Part shown: positions 1-11,469 of the stretch, piece after piece
Numbering within the stretch: the first letter of the stretch is position 1
How the letters are laid out: each line of letters opens with the position of its first letter
Assembly: GCA_965235115.1 (NCBI GenBank)
Contig: OZ249440.1
Location: 33,978,001 to 34,042,000, forward strand
Source of the DNA: Laetmonice hystrix
Taxonomy: Eukaryota
Direction of reading: 5' to 3'
DNA length: 64,000 nt
The notes under the pieces: generated by a model
Seen by the model: the letters and a program-made list of their open reading frames with translations, nothing else
Told to the model about the DNA's origin: nothing
The model's database searches: none
Translations under genes and position numbers: made by a program

Positions 1-456
1 AAACTGGGGTTACTTTGGCCACATTGGGGCGTTTTTGTGCTGATCAAGGAAAGACAGATTCTGAGTTTCATATTATGTAAATGAAGGTTGTATGTCAAGG
101 TATACATTTACAATGCCTCATGGTAATAATATTTGAACTTGACCTATTTTTTAAAAAAGTATTGGGCGGCCAAAGTAACCATGGCAATGAGGCTACTTTG
201 GCCATCCATTGTGTTTTTTTAAAAAATACTATGATACCGTTGGAAAGCTCATCATTTTTTGTTTTTAATTCTTCAACCCCGCCCGCAAGCGCTCCAGAAT
301 TTCTGTGTCATTAGAGCACTTTTCTGGTAGTCTGTCTTGGCCACTGGTATCGGCTGTTCAGCATACTTCTCGTTGAACTGACCGTGGAATGAGATTGTTC
401 TAGTATTATAACTAAGACTAAACAGTGTAGTGAGATGTCAATATGTTTGTTAATGC

Positions 457-930
457 AGTGATGTCGGAACAGGGGGGAGAGGGGCCATGCCCCCCCCCCC
501 CACTTTCAAAAGTGGGGGGCCATACTATGGTTTGCCCCTCCCCCCACTTTTCAGGGCTGTTCAACAATATACAGCTGAGTTGAGTGGCACAGTCTGATAA
601 TAATACATAGGCGCTGGAACCGGGGGGGGGGGCAGGAGGGGCACGTTGCCCCCCAGCTCAAAAGCTGGGGGGCAGGCATATAGTGTTGCCCCCCCCCCCA
701 GCCCAAGGTGGCAGGAGATGCTCAGACCGTCAGAGGGCTTAGATTTTGTTCCCAGATGCCAGGAAAACTCATATTTGTCACTTTAATGTTCAAATTTTTC
801 TGGGGGAGGGCTTCACGCCTTCCGCGCTCGCATCTCCAGTATTTCAAATCGTGAAACTTGGTCCCTATGTTTTGGTCTTTGCCCCCCCCCCCCCCCCCCC
901 CCACCTGTGAATATCTTCCGACGTCCAGCG
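457..930. mobile_element. Degenerate G/C-tract MITE-like fragments (hAT-like non-autonomous)
   Basis: CAGTGATGTCGGAA at 457 has an imperfect inverted match CTTCCGACGTCCAGCG near 915-930. Interior has G-run/C-run foldbacks and a similar second start at ~607. No TSD resolved. Confidence 0.4.
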
Positions 931-1622
931 GCAAGCACATACCACGCACCAGGGCGCGAGTCGCTGTCAGTGTCAGCCGACAATCAACTCGTATTTTACA
1001 TACACTGCGCTAGGAATCTTTATCAAACTTACCACCCACAAAGGCTATACGTTCTAAAGCTAGGAGCATGTTTTTAATACCTAAGACTGGTAAAATTGTT
1101 AAAAAAAAACGAGTGAATGGCTAGATCCTGTCCGACGCGTGAACACGGCTGCAGGGTCCACGGGAGCGCCCGATCACGCCCCGCCAGAGTCCGGCTTGAT
1201 AATAGGACGCTCGGTCTCTGCGATCGCTATTATGTTTGGTCGTATACTGGGATAGACCTACTGAATCACATCGCAGACCTGGCTTCTGTGGATCTACTGT
1301 TATTCGTAGGGGCACAGACCCATAACCAGAGACTGAAGACTCCTCGATGATTTAACGTTTACGCTCCGTTGCAAACGGCCATGGATGTCCCATTTTAAAG
1401 AAGAATAAGATGGATTTACTTACCAGTGAAGGTCAGAGCTCAGCAGCCATGTACTTGTCGTTCCTGGCAGTCATGTGACCGGCATACATTTCCGGGCTAA
1501 CGTATTCGGTTATTTTGACTAAGAAGGTAAATCTTTTTCTTAGTTGGGCTTGGTCCTTATGAATACCCCAATATTGACTAACGGTACCTTGGTCATTACT
1601 GACTAACTTTCCATAGGGTAGG

Positions 1623-3843
1623 ATTTTCAGTGCAGGGTTTTGCAAATCTATATTCACTGGACTGAAAGCATATGCCAGTGGACTTAGCAAGTTAAAACGA
1701 GAAGTTGTACTCGTTTATGATGAAGTAGCGATAAAAGAGCGTCTAAACTTTAATGTCAAGACCGATCACATTGAGGGGTTCGGTGACTTCGGCACCAGCT
1801 TTTCACAGTACATTGCCAACCATGCGGGTGTGTTCATGCTTCGATCTCTAACTGAATCCTGGAAGCAACCACTGGGATACTTTCTTTCTTCAGGTAGGCC
1901 TGTACTTTTCTACCATATAGCCAGGCTACGGTCTTCCTTCGTTAAAACGCCCTCCGTCGCCACCAGGGGGCAGGGGTGATCCGACGCTACTGTATTATAG
2001 CGCCACCCTCATTTAACGCCAGGTAGGGGGCCGACTGACTTCGTCACTTTGACTCCGCATATATGACCTAAAAACAACGAACCAGAAGCAGCATCGGCGT
2101 TTCGAGTCACATTTCCCCATATGTTTCTGCCACCCTCGCTTACCAGCACCCCCTCTTTTGAAATTCCTAGATCCGCCCCTGTATCAACGGTAGGATGTTC
2201 CTGATTAAAAAAGATTCCCAATTTACCATCAATCCCTATAGCATGCTGCAAGACCACGTGGCTACAAACAGTGGCTACAAAAGTTTTTCTACCAGTCACC
2301 ACAAGGATCTATATTGGGCCCCTTATACACATTACAAGAATTAGGGTAAATTGTGCCCATAGTTATTTGCCATTGATATGTTGCAGGACCCATTGCGAAG
2401 GACACACTCCATTCTCTACTGCTGGAGTGCTTGGTACGTCTGGATGAAACAAAGCTGAATGTTTGAGTCTTAGTGTGTGACCAAGGAAGTAATAACCGCA
2501 GTCTGTTTCAAAAGCTGGGTATCACTCTCAAACACCCTTATTTTACTCACAATGGAAAGGAAATCATTTGTTTTTTTTGACCCACCACATCTGTTGAAAA
2601 ATATACGTAATAACATGAAGTATGGAATACCGGCGACGACATGCGAGATGCGAGAAGCGACATGGAACCGAACAGTGTCAATTTAGCACATAGAATGTTT
2701 CTTATTGACACCGACATCACGATCCACGTGCCTATTTAACAATAGCCTAATTTGGGGGCTAAACTTTCCCTAAAGTGAAAACTAACACTAACCCTAGGCC
2801 TAACCTTTACCCTAACTCAAACACACTGTCCCACATCTCGCATGTCGTCGCCGGTATTCCATACATGAAGCGTACTGGATACATCGTGAATGGGGATGCA
2901 GTTTCGTGGGATCACATCCGAGCTATGTTTGCACGAGATAGGTCTGACCGGTGGCGTCTCTGTCCGAAGCTGACTGAGGCTCATATCGACATACCACCTT
3001 TCAAACAGATGAAAGTATCATTAGCAGCACAAGTATTGAGCCACAGTGTGTCCGCAGCTATCAAACATATGGTCAAATCTGGTGACCTCCCAAAACAAAC
3101 TTTAGCAACTAGTGACTTTTGTGAGAACTTTGACATTTTGTTCAACTGCTTTAACAGTATCACTTTTGATGATGGTCACGAATTTCGGAGACCAATAACA
3201 AAAAAGAGCAGGCAGTTGGAGTGGCTAAAATCTGCAAGGAGTTGGCTTAACAGCATAAAACTTCCTACTGGCAAATCTCTGCCCTGTCTTGAAGGGTGAA
3301 AACTGAATATAACAGCTCTAGGACGACTGTGGAAATGCCTACGGAAAGTGCACCCAGTGAAAGTAAACACCAATTCTACCTATTTTGTCATAATTACTCA
3401 TACCAAGGCGCAAAATAATCCAGAAAATTTGACTAGCAAAACAAAAGTTTGATTCGCAGATAGTATTATAGTGAACATTTTGGAAAATGATTAGCAAAAT
3501 GCATCACTTGTATAGCAATTTGGTTATTTTGCTGCTTGCATACAGATGTTTCTTGGAAATTCTAGACTTTTAAGATTTATGTTACAGTCCTATTTAGTTT
3601 ATTTTTTATTTTTAGTTCCAGTTCTTTTGCACCCGAAGGATAAATCAAGACTGCTTAGAAATTTTTTTCTCACAAATCCGTGGAAAAGGCGGGCACAGAG
3701 AAAATCCAGATAGCGTCGAGTTTAGGGCAGGATTCAAAGCAGCTACAGTAGACAACCTGTTCAAATTGTCCAATGGTTGCAACTGCACAGATGACATGGG
3801 ATCAATGATGTTACATGTAGTAAAACTGCAGATAAAATATTAG
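1623..3843 (+). pseudogene. Intron-containing P-element/THAP9-like transposase pseudogene (5' part missing)
   Basis: Manual splice 1623-1893 / 2387-3362 / 3622-3843 (GT-AG) gives VLVYDEVAIKERL, IEGF, VFMLRSLTESWKQPLGYF, VCDQGSNN, DPPHLLKNIRNN, MKVSLAAQVLS, FDILFNCFNS and TRRINQDCLEIFFSQIRGKGGHRENP, all typical P-superfamily motifs. Disabled by TGA at 2464 and 3297, a T-run frameshift near 2575 and a MITE insertion. Confidence 0.92.
2621..2863. mobile_element. 243-bp MITE inserted in the transposase exon
   Basis: Perfect 30-bp TIR TATGGAATACCGGCGACGACATGCGAGATG and 7-bp TSD CATGAAG (2614-2620, 2864-2870). Removing it restores the frame NNMK-RTGY. Confidence 0.93.
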
Positions 3844-3961
3844 CCCTATTATTAACAATATTAATATTTGATATTACTTTTACTTCATTGTTGGAAATAA
3901 AAATGATGTGGAGAGGTCACTAAAGAAAAGATTTGCACTGATTATGCCCATGTAAAATTCT

Positions 3962-4339
3962 GAGAAGAAGAAGAAGAAGAAGAAGAAGAAGAAGAAGAAG
4001 AAGAAGAAGAAGAAGAAGAAGAAGAAGAAGAAGAAGAAGAAGAAGAAGAAGAAGAAGAAGAAGAAGAAGAAGAAGAAGAAGAAGAAGAAGAAGAAGAAGA
4101 AGAAGAAGAAGAAGAAGAAGAAGAAGAAGAAGAAGAAGAAGAAGAAGAAGAAGAAGAAGAAGAAGAAGAAGAAGAAGAAGAAGAAGAAGAAGAAGAAGAA
4201 GAAGAAGAAGACTTACCATCATTTTGTCTTTTTTTCACTGGCCTGAAGAAGAAGAAGAAGAAGAAGAAGAAGAAGAAGAAGAAGAAGAAGAAGAAGAAGA
4301 AGAAGACTTACCATCATTTTGTCTTTTTTTCACTGGCCT
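3962..4339. repeat. (GAA)n microsatellite in two blocks, each followed by the same ~33-bp tail
   Basis: Pure GAA runs at ~3964-4210 and 4245-4305. Tail ACTTACCATCATTTTGTC(T)7CACTGGCCT occurs at 4211 and 4306. Confidence 0.97.
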
Positions 4340-4815
4340 CTAAAAAGTGTGTGTGTGTGGGGGGGTGTAAATTGGCACGCTTGTTGCTCTTATATGCCTA
4401 CTTGTGTCACCAAGTTTGAAATAAATCCAGATAATTTTGTCTGAGTTATTAATCCAAATTGTTTATATCCAAGATGTCCACCAAGCAGTCATTTTGAATG
4501 ATATAAAAATATATTTGACCTGTATCGTCCTTAGACTGTCCCCGATCATTGTGTAATGTTAATGTCATTATTTTTAAATATTTTGTAGATGCAGGTCATT
4601 GAAAATGTATTGTGCGCCAATGAAACTTCATTATATCTTGCAACATTTTCGATATTAGAGCCAAATCAGAGTTAGGGTGGGGGGTGTCAAAAACAAATAT
4701 GGCCGCCATGTGGTCAGTCCCTTCGGGTTGGGGGCTAAAAGTAGAAGCTCGTTTAGTGCTGTCCATTCAATTAGCAATATCAAGAATTCTCCTATTTAGC
4801 GCTAGCTTATTAAAG

Positions 4816-5432
4816 CCCTGAACCCACTATGCGATTTATGCCTTGCGACAGGCCATCGCAAGGCTTGCAACAAGACGGGGAAATATCAAACATGTTTGAT
4901 GTTATCACAAGCCTTGGTCGCAAGCCTTGATTGGTGTTGCAAGCCTTGCGACTGGTGTCGCAAGGCTTGCGATTATAGTGTTGCAAGGGTATCATCCCGC
5001 TAGCCCCCCGCCCGCTAGCCCCCCGTTTAGACAGGGCCGAAGGTGTGAGAAATCTGTGCCGCTAGCCCCACGCTCGGCTGTTCCACTATCAGACACTACC
5101 CCCATATGAGATTTGGGGTGGTCAGCGGTCAGGGATGGTAAGGGCAAAGAACTTGCCTAAAAGGCAAGCGACAAATAATCGGGAGTCAATACTTTTTCTT
5201 TTTTTTTTTTTTTGGGGGGGGGGGGGGCTGGCTAACTTGCCTGCATCGGCAGAATATGAACCGCCAAGTCCCGCCGTTGAACCCCCCCCCCCACCAACTC
5301 CGTCCACGCCTCAGTGGTGGGGGCGTGTGTGTGTGTGTGTGGGGGGGGGGGTAGTGTCAGGGAGTGGAACAGCCGAGCGGGGGGGGGGGCTGGCACAGAT
5401 TGCAAGGCATAAATCGCATAGTGGGTTCAGGG
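4816..5432. mobile_element. TTAA-associated TIR element (piggyBac- or Kolobok-like MITE)
   Basis: 31-bp TIR CCCTGAACCCACTATGCGATTTATGCCTTGC. TTAA directly at the right end and TTAAAG at the left end. Confidence 0.8.
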
Positions 5433-6401
5433 TTAATTGTCGATATCGACACCCTGTGCGAGGCGCGACTGTTGACCGTCACCGTTATAACCGTGATCAT
5501 GCTGCACGCCTCACTGATCAGCCGACCTCCTGATCTTAGGGGCAGTTACACAGCTAGGTAGGCTAATTGGCCGCCGCAACATTCCTTTTCGCATTTATAG
5601 AAGGGAAACTTCTAAGATTAAGCCTTTCCCAACGTAATTCCTATTCAGGGGAACCCCTTCAGCTGGGGGGGGGGGGGGGTCACCGCACACCTTATCTCCT
5701 CCTGGTCGTGAGTGAGAGACAAGACCCGTCAACACCATGACTGAGCCCGAGACTTCGCCTCGCCTGCCTCTAATTACAACCTCAGAAGACGCGACCACCC
5801 GCTGTGTTGGCCTGACTGCATATTGTGGCTGGGGCGGACATGCTAGGAACATTGTGAAGCTGGCGCCGTGAGCACGCGGCGAGGGCGGGTGGTGGCGGGT
5901 GGTGGCGCGTGGTGCGGCTACGTCACAACCGGCGTCAGGAAGCGGCAGTAGGACGCGGCTGGTATACCGTTATCACGACGTCAAGGACTCCAATATTAAA
6001 CGTCACCTAACCTGTGGTGGCAGACGGACTTCACCATGTTGTGAGGCCTATAACGTGAGCGACTGGGCAGGTAAGGCACTCCAGGATACATTTTCAGGAT
6101 AGTATACCACAATGCCTATACTGTTATAGATGTCTAAAGATTCTAACCCCGACTTCAGCTGCCATCAGCGGCCGCTGCCACCTGTACACAGGTGACGCTC
6201 TGGCGGTGTCCAACGACATATGATACACCTGTAAACATCAGGTGTAGGCAGGTATAGCTGGCCTTATTGACAGCAGACACCTCAAGCAGCGTGTCTCCGT
6301 ACATCAATATTAATATTACAGCGACTGAGCTTTGGTTTTGACAAATCTAAGCCCTGTTTCGAGGTTTGGGTGGGGTAAAAAATGAAAGAAAAATGCCATA
6401 A

Positions 6402-6585
6402 AGAGAGAGCGAGAGAGAGAGAGAAAGAGAGAGAGAGAGCGAGAGAGAGAGCGGGAGAGAGAGAGAGCAAGAGAGAGAGAGAGAGAGAAAAGAGAGGAGG
6501 GAGAAAGAAGAGAGGAAAGAGACAAGAGAGGAAAGAGAGAAAAAAGAGAAAAGAGAGATAGAGTGTGAGAGAGAAGACAGAGACA
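6402..6585. repeat. Imperfect (GA)n purine microsatellite
   Basis: Directly visible GA-rich tract. Confidence 0.9.
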
Positions 6586-6936
6586 GACTTCTTTCAGCAG
6601 CTGTGATAACGTCCATCATGGTCCACGTATCATTCTGAAGTGGTATACAGGTAGGTCTATATCACCAACTGAGCATTATATAGTATGGAAATGTAGGCCT
6701 ATATTCAGGCCTATAGAGTCAGTGGAGCGTGTCCCATAACAAACCAGTGGCAAGGGCCATTGGGCCGCTAGATTTACACGCTGTGCAAAAACAAATGGGT
6801 GTAGACATGGAGTCTGCGTGGCCCGTGAAAATAATCCCACCACTATTGTTATGCTGTTCTTGCTTTAAGGTGATAGGTCTCAATTTGCACGTCGTGTGGA
6901 ATGGCACAAGACGCCTGTCTGACTTGTGTATATGTA

Positions 6937-7696
6937 GGGGAAAGGTGGGTAAGAACAAATCACAATAATAAACCTGAAAACCATATAAATCTGAAAATAA
7001 AAGAAGTCTGGATTGAATAACTTTTCAATTACCGACAAATTAAGAAATCCTAGATCTGGTCCAAATTAGCCAAATTAGCTAACATGTAGGCTATGGACCA
7101 GTGTCTGGTTAAAATTGGACCATCGTATATCTTGCATGTTTTGATTAGGCATACGTCTCGTTTGTATTAGCTACTTTGCTATACATGTGCGCATGAAATT
7201 GCAAATTTTAAAAGTATAAGAAAACATATAATCTTTTTCCCTTTTACATAAACGATCACTGAAACCAATCTGATAAGTGCTTGTATAGACATTACTATGC
7301 ATATTAGCCTCCCCCTGCTGGTTCAATTAAGCATTTGCATATCTATTCTGGATCACGTGTGTGTTTAATACGTGTGTGTTTACGTGTGAAACATCCTTTA
7401 ACATGAGAGTGATCTCAACTGATCAAAGCGATGGAATTATATACACCCATATATGGTCTGATGTAATAGCTTAGTGTATATATAATAACACTAAGATATT
7501 ACATCAGACCCCACAAAAAGTGAAAATTACCTTACGTCTCTCACCCTTTGTTCGCCCTCGCCATTTTTCTAACAGGAACTGTTTGCATTGCTTATTTGAT
7601 ATGGGAGATGGCACAATTGTCGCTCAGTGTTGTCTTGTTTGGCCGCTAGGCCACTGGTCCAAATTATCCGCTGGTCCAAACTACCCACCTGTCCCC
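6937..7696. mobile_element. TA-flanked non-autonomous DNA transposon (Tc1/mariner-pogo-like)
   Basis: TIR GGGGA(A/C)AGGTGGGTA with TA on both sides. Internal CTGGTCCAAA sub-repeats. Confidence 0.7.
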
Positions 7697-7937
7697 TATA
7701 TTTATAGTGCTAAATAAACATAGGCCTACATGTATAATAGTTTCGAAGCATTTTGACGTGCACTATTACGCAACCGCATTTACCCGCCGGTAGCGGCACC
7801 ACTTCATGTAGCCGGGCGAACAATGGTGTTCAAGTCCAAACTAGTGCTGCCATCTAACGGGAAGTCGGGGTCGTACTCGATTTCTCAATCTGCGCCATTT
7901 GCCAATACCGTTAGTTCAGACAGACCGAGCCGTAACC

Positions 7938-8096
7938 CAGGCACGTACCCAGGGGGGGTTCCAGGGGTTCCGGAACCCCCCCCCCCCGGCCCCCTCCGGT
8001 CCCCAGGTCGACTGGTGCAAAAACACAGGTAGCCCCCGGGCAGCCCTCTCGTCCTGATGGAACCCCCGTCTAAGCAGAATCCTGGGTACGTGCCTG
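7938..8096. mobile_element. 159-bp MITE with CAGG termini and 6-bp TSD
   Basis: Perfect 16-bp TIR CAGGCACGTACCCAGG with GTAACC on both flanks. Confidence 0.85.
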
Positions 8097-8617
8097 GTAA
8101 CCTCACCTTGCATCGTTAATATCCTGCTACGGCACACAAAAAGGCATCTCAGGTTTTAGGGCTGTGTAATTTAAAAAAAGAGAAAAACCTCTAGGACACA
8201 GTTATAACTAGGAAGGTTAAAATCTAATGATTATTTTAGCCCTTACCCCTCCTTTCCCCATAGTATGTATGCAGACCTTCCGAAAATTTATAGCCTTGTC
8301 CAAAGCATACCCTCATGTAAGCCTGTAGGCCTCTCATGTAAGCCTGTAGGCCTACATTTAAATTAATACATGAATGTACCGATTATGTACATTATCTGAG
8401 CAAAAGATGTCCTTTTTTTTGGGTGCATCAATATTTTGATGAACTTTGACCTTTGACCTCTGACCTTGCTGTATATAATAGGCCTAAATGACCAGCTTGG
8501 CAATCAAAACTAGTATTCCGTCAGATTGGCCTACTATACCACGGGGAGGACACACCCAGCCGACACCCCCCCCCCCCCCCACACACACACACACACACAC
8601 ACATATACATAAAGATA

Positions 8618-10319
8618 TCGGGTGGATAAAAAAAAACGCCCCGAACTTTAAACTTCAATATTTCAAAAAGTAATGATTGTAATTCAATGAAATTTTTCTT
8701 AATATCACTTCATGATGTTGTCTCATAGTTGTTGATGTTACAACTCAATAGCTTGCATAATATTTCCGTGGGCCTAAAAACAAAAATCATTGTACAAAAG
8801 CGCAATGCCGGGCTAAACGAGTTGTAGTCGCACCCAGAGTCCCTGGCCTCACACTAGAGTAGGTGGTCAATCGGTCCCCCGTTTTCACTCCATACTGCTC
8901 TCAGTCTCTTTTCCCATGAGCCAATGATGATCTCTGATAGGGAAATATCTCCCCAACTGGGAAATATGCAACGTTCTGAATGTGTTGCTAAACGTGATAA
9001 TGATACGATTTCCCTTGAACTTCTGGTTACAGTCATATCGTCCTAATGTTGCAGTTTCTCTGTAGGGTTTGGCACATTAAACATCTGTTTTTCTCTAGAA
9101 GTAATAGGAATAGCACATAATTTATTATATCGGATGGATAAAAAAAACGCCCCGAACTTTAAACTTTAATATTTCAAAAACTATGCATTATAATTCAATA
9201 AAATTCCTCTCAATATCACTTCATGATATTATCTCTGGTATGTTAAAGTTTCAGCTCAATAGCTTTAATATTAATCCCGTGGTGCTAAAAACAAAAATCA
9301 GTGTCTAAAATCGCAATGCCGGAATTAGGTCAAATATCATGCAGCTGCCAGGTGTCCAATTTGATACCTGTTTGATGCACCGCGTTGTACCTTGGGTAAA
9401 AACATTTTCAATATTTAGTTTTTGCATGTTTTACAATATGTATAATGTTGTGGACCACTAGATATAATAAATTATGTGCTATTCCTAGTACTTCTAGAGA
9501 AAAACAGATGTTTAATGTACCAAACCCTACAGAGAAACTGCAACATTAGGACGATATGACTGTAACCAGAAGTTTAAGGGAAATCGTATCATTATCACGT
9601 TTAGCAACACATTCAGAACGTTGCATATTTCCCAATGTTGGCAAGATATTTCCCTATCAGAGATCAGGAAGTGCATTGGCTCATGGAAAAAGAGACTGAG
9701 AGCAGTATGGAGTGAAAACGGGGGACCGATTGACCACCTACTCTAGTGTGAGGCCATGGACTCTGGGTGCGACTACCACTCGCTTTAGGCCGGCATTGCG
9801 CTTTTGTACAATGATTTTTGTTTTAAGCCCCACGGAAATATTATCCAAGCTATTGAGTTGTAACATTAACAACTAAGAGACAACATCATGAAGTGATATT
9901 AAGAAAAATTTCATTGAATTACAATCATTACTTTTTGAGATATTGAAGTTTAAAGTTCGGGGCGTTTTTTTTTTATCCACCCGATATCTAGTGGTCCACA
10001 ACATTATACATATTGTAAAACATGCAAAAACTAAATATTGAAAATGTTTTTACCCAAGGTACAACGCGGTGCATTAAACAGGTATCAAATTGGACACCTG
10101 GCAGCTGCATGATATTTGACCTAATTCCGGCATTGCGTTTTTAGACACTGATTTTTGTTTTTAGCGCCACGGAATTAATATCAACACTATTGAGCTGAAA
10201 CTTTAACATACCAGAGATAACATCATGAAGCGATATTAAGAGAAATTGTATTGAATTATAATGTATAGTTTTTGAAATATTAAAGTTTAAAGTTCGGGGC
10301 GTTTTTTTTATCCACCCGA
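8618..10319. mobile_element. Tc1/mariner-type MITE (outer copy), split by a same-family copy
   Basis: TIR TCGGGTGGATAAAAAAAAACGCCCCGAACTTTAAACTT flanked by TA. The halves 8618-9129 and 9987-10319 join to match the reverse complement of the inner copy. Confidence 0.9.
9130..9984. mobile_element. 855-bp same-family MITE inserted in opposite orientation
   Basis: Same TIR, TA at 9128-9129 and 9985-9986, interior is the reverse complement of the outer copy. Confidence 0.9.
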
Positions 10320-10814
10320 TATATGGCACTATAAGACAAATGGGTCACGTGCCTTACGACGGGTATAAATAGATCTATGGCCAGAGATAGAACCAATTCA
10401 GATCTGCTACTGAATAAACCCCTGCCCCCACCTTTATAGACCAGCAACAAACCAAACTGCCCTTTTTAGGGCCCCATTTCCGATAATTGCTATATATCCC
10501 GTTAACACAAAATGACACTAGGTGCTACGGTACTTGACGCCCGATGGCAAAATGGAAGACTAATATTTCACCTCTAACTAGTCAGTGTAGTTCTATGCCT
10601 TGGCCTAAGTTGCAAGTTTATAACAAAGTTTTTTTTAGAAATACGTCTTCAATTAAGAAACTAATGCCTTTATTGAATATATCTGGGCCTAGTAGTGCAT
10701 TTTTGAATGCGTATTTCCAAGTGGCAGTTACCGCTATAGTGACTTTCAAGCCAAGACCCTCTATTTTCGGCAGTCGAGATGTGCCGACCGACGGTGGATT
10801 TTGCTTGGACTCGT

Positions 10815-10888
10815 GTATAAGACGCACTGGATTTTCAGAGGCAGGTTTGGGGGTAAAAAAGTGCGTACTATACACGATCATTTACGGT
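10815..10888 (+). mobile_element. Terminal fragment of a Tigger/pogo-like element
   Basis: TATAAGACGCAC...AAAAAAGTGCGTACTATA...TTTACGG resembles the ends of CCGTA-terminated pogo/Tigger elements (recalled motif). Confidence 0.5.
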
Positions 10889-10899
10889 CCAGGCGGTTT

Positions 10900-11303
10900 G
10901 TCGGGGACATGCTGTAACTGGTACTGTAGATTACAGGTTGGTTGTCGGGGATATACTGTAACTGGTAGATTACAGGTGGGGTGTCGGGGACATACTGTAA
11001 CCGGTAGATTACAGGTGCAGTGTAGGGGACATACTGTAACCGGTAGATTACAGGTTGGTTGTCGGGGATATACTGTAACTGGTAGATTACAGGTTGGTTG
11101 TCGGGGATATACTGTAACTGGTAGATTACAGGTGGGGTGCCGGGGACATACTGTAACTGGTAATTACAGGTGGGATGTCGGGAACATACTGTAACTGGTA
11201 GATTACAGGTGGGGTGTCGGGGACATACTGTAACTGGTAGGTTACAGGTGGGATGTTGGGAACATACTGTAACTGGTAGATTACAGGTGGGGTGTTGGGG
11301 ACG
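10900..11303. repeat. 39-bp minisatellite, ~10 copies
   Basis: Unit ACTGTAACTGGTAGATTACAGGTGGGGTGTCGGGGACAT. Explains the repetitive ORFs 10544..11194 and 10878..11408. Confidence 0.95.
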
Positions 11304-11391
11304 TAATGGATAGATTGTAATTTGTAATGTTTTGTTAGTGACCAAATCACCATTTAATGAATGAAAACGGTGATGCGCCAAGAAATGCGCA

Positions 11392-11469
11392 GTAGAATGG
11401 TACTGCACATTACATTAGAATGGTACTGCACATTAATTAGAATGGTACTGCACATTAATTAGAATGGTG
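11392..11469. repeat. ~22-bp tandem repeat, 3-4 copies
   Basis: TAGAATGGTACTGCACATTAAT repeated. Confidence 0.9.

Noticed and set aside
1433..1690. Minus-strand 85-aa ORF
   Set aside because: Partly antisense to the transposase exon and has no recognisable domain.
2780..2820. Interstitial telomeric TAACCC repeats
   Set aside because: Few and degenerate, and part of the MITE core also seen at ~25230.
3920..4238. Poly-Leu and poly-Ser ORFs
   Set aside because: Translations of the (TTC)n microsatellite.
10900..11303. 39-bp array as another splice-site array (TTACAG|GTGGGG)
   Set aside because: No adjoining exon-like sequence at either end, so the motif alone is insufficient.
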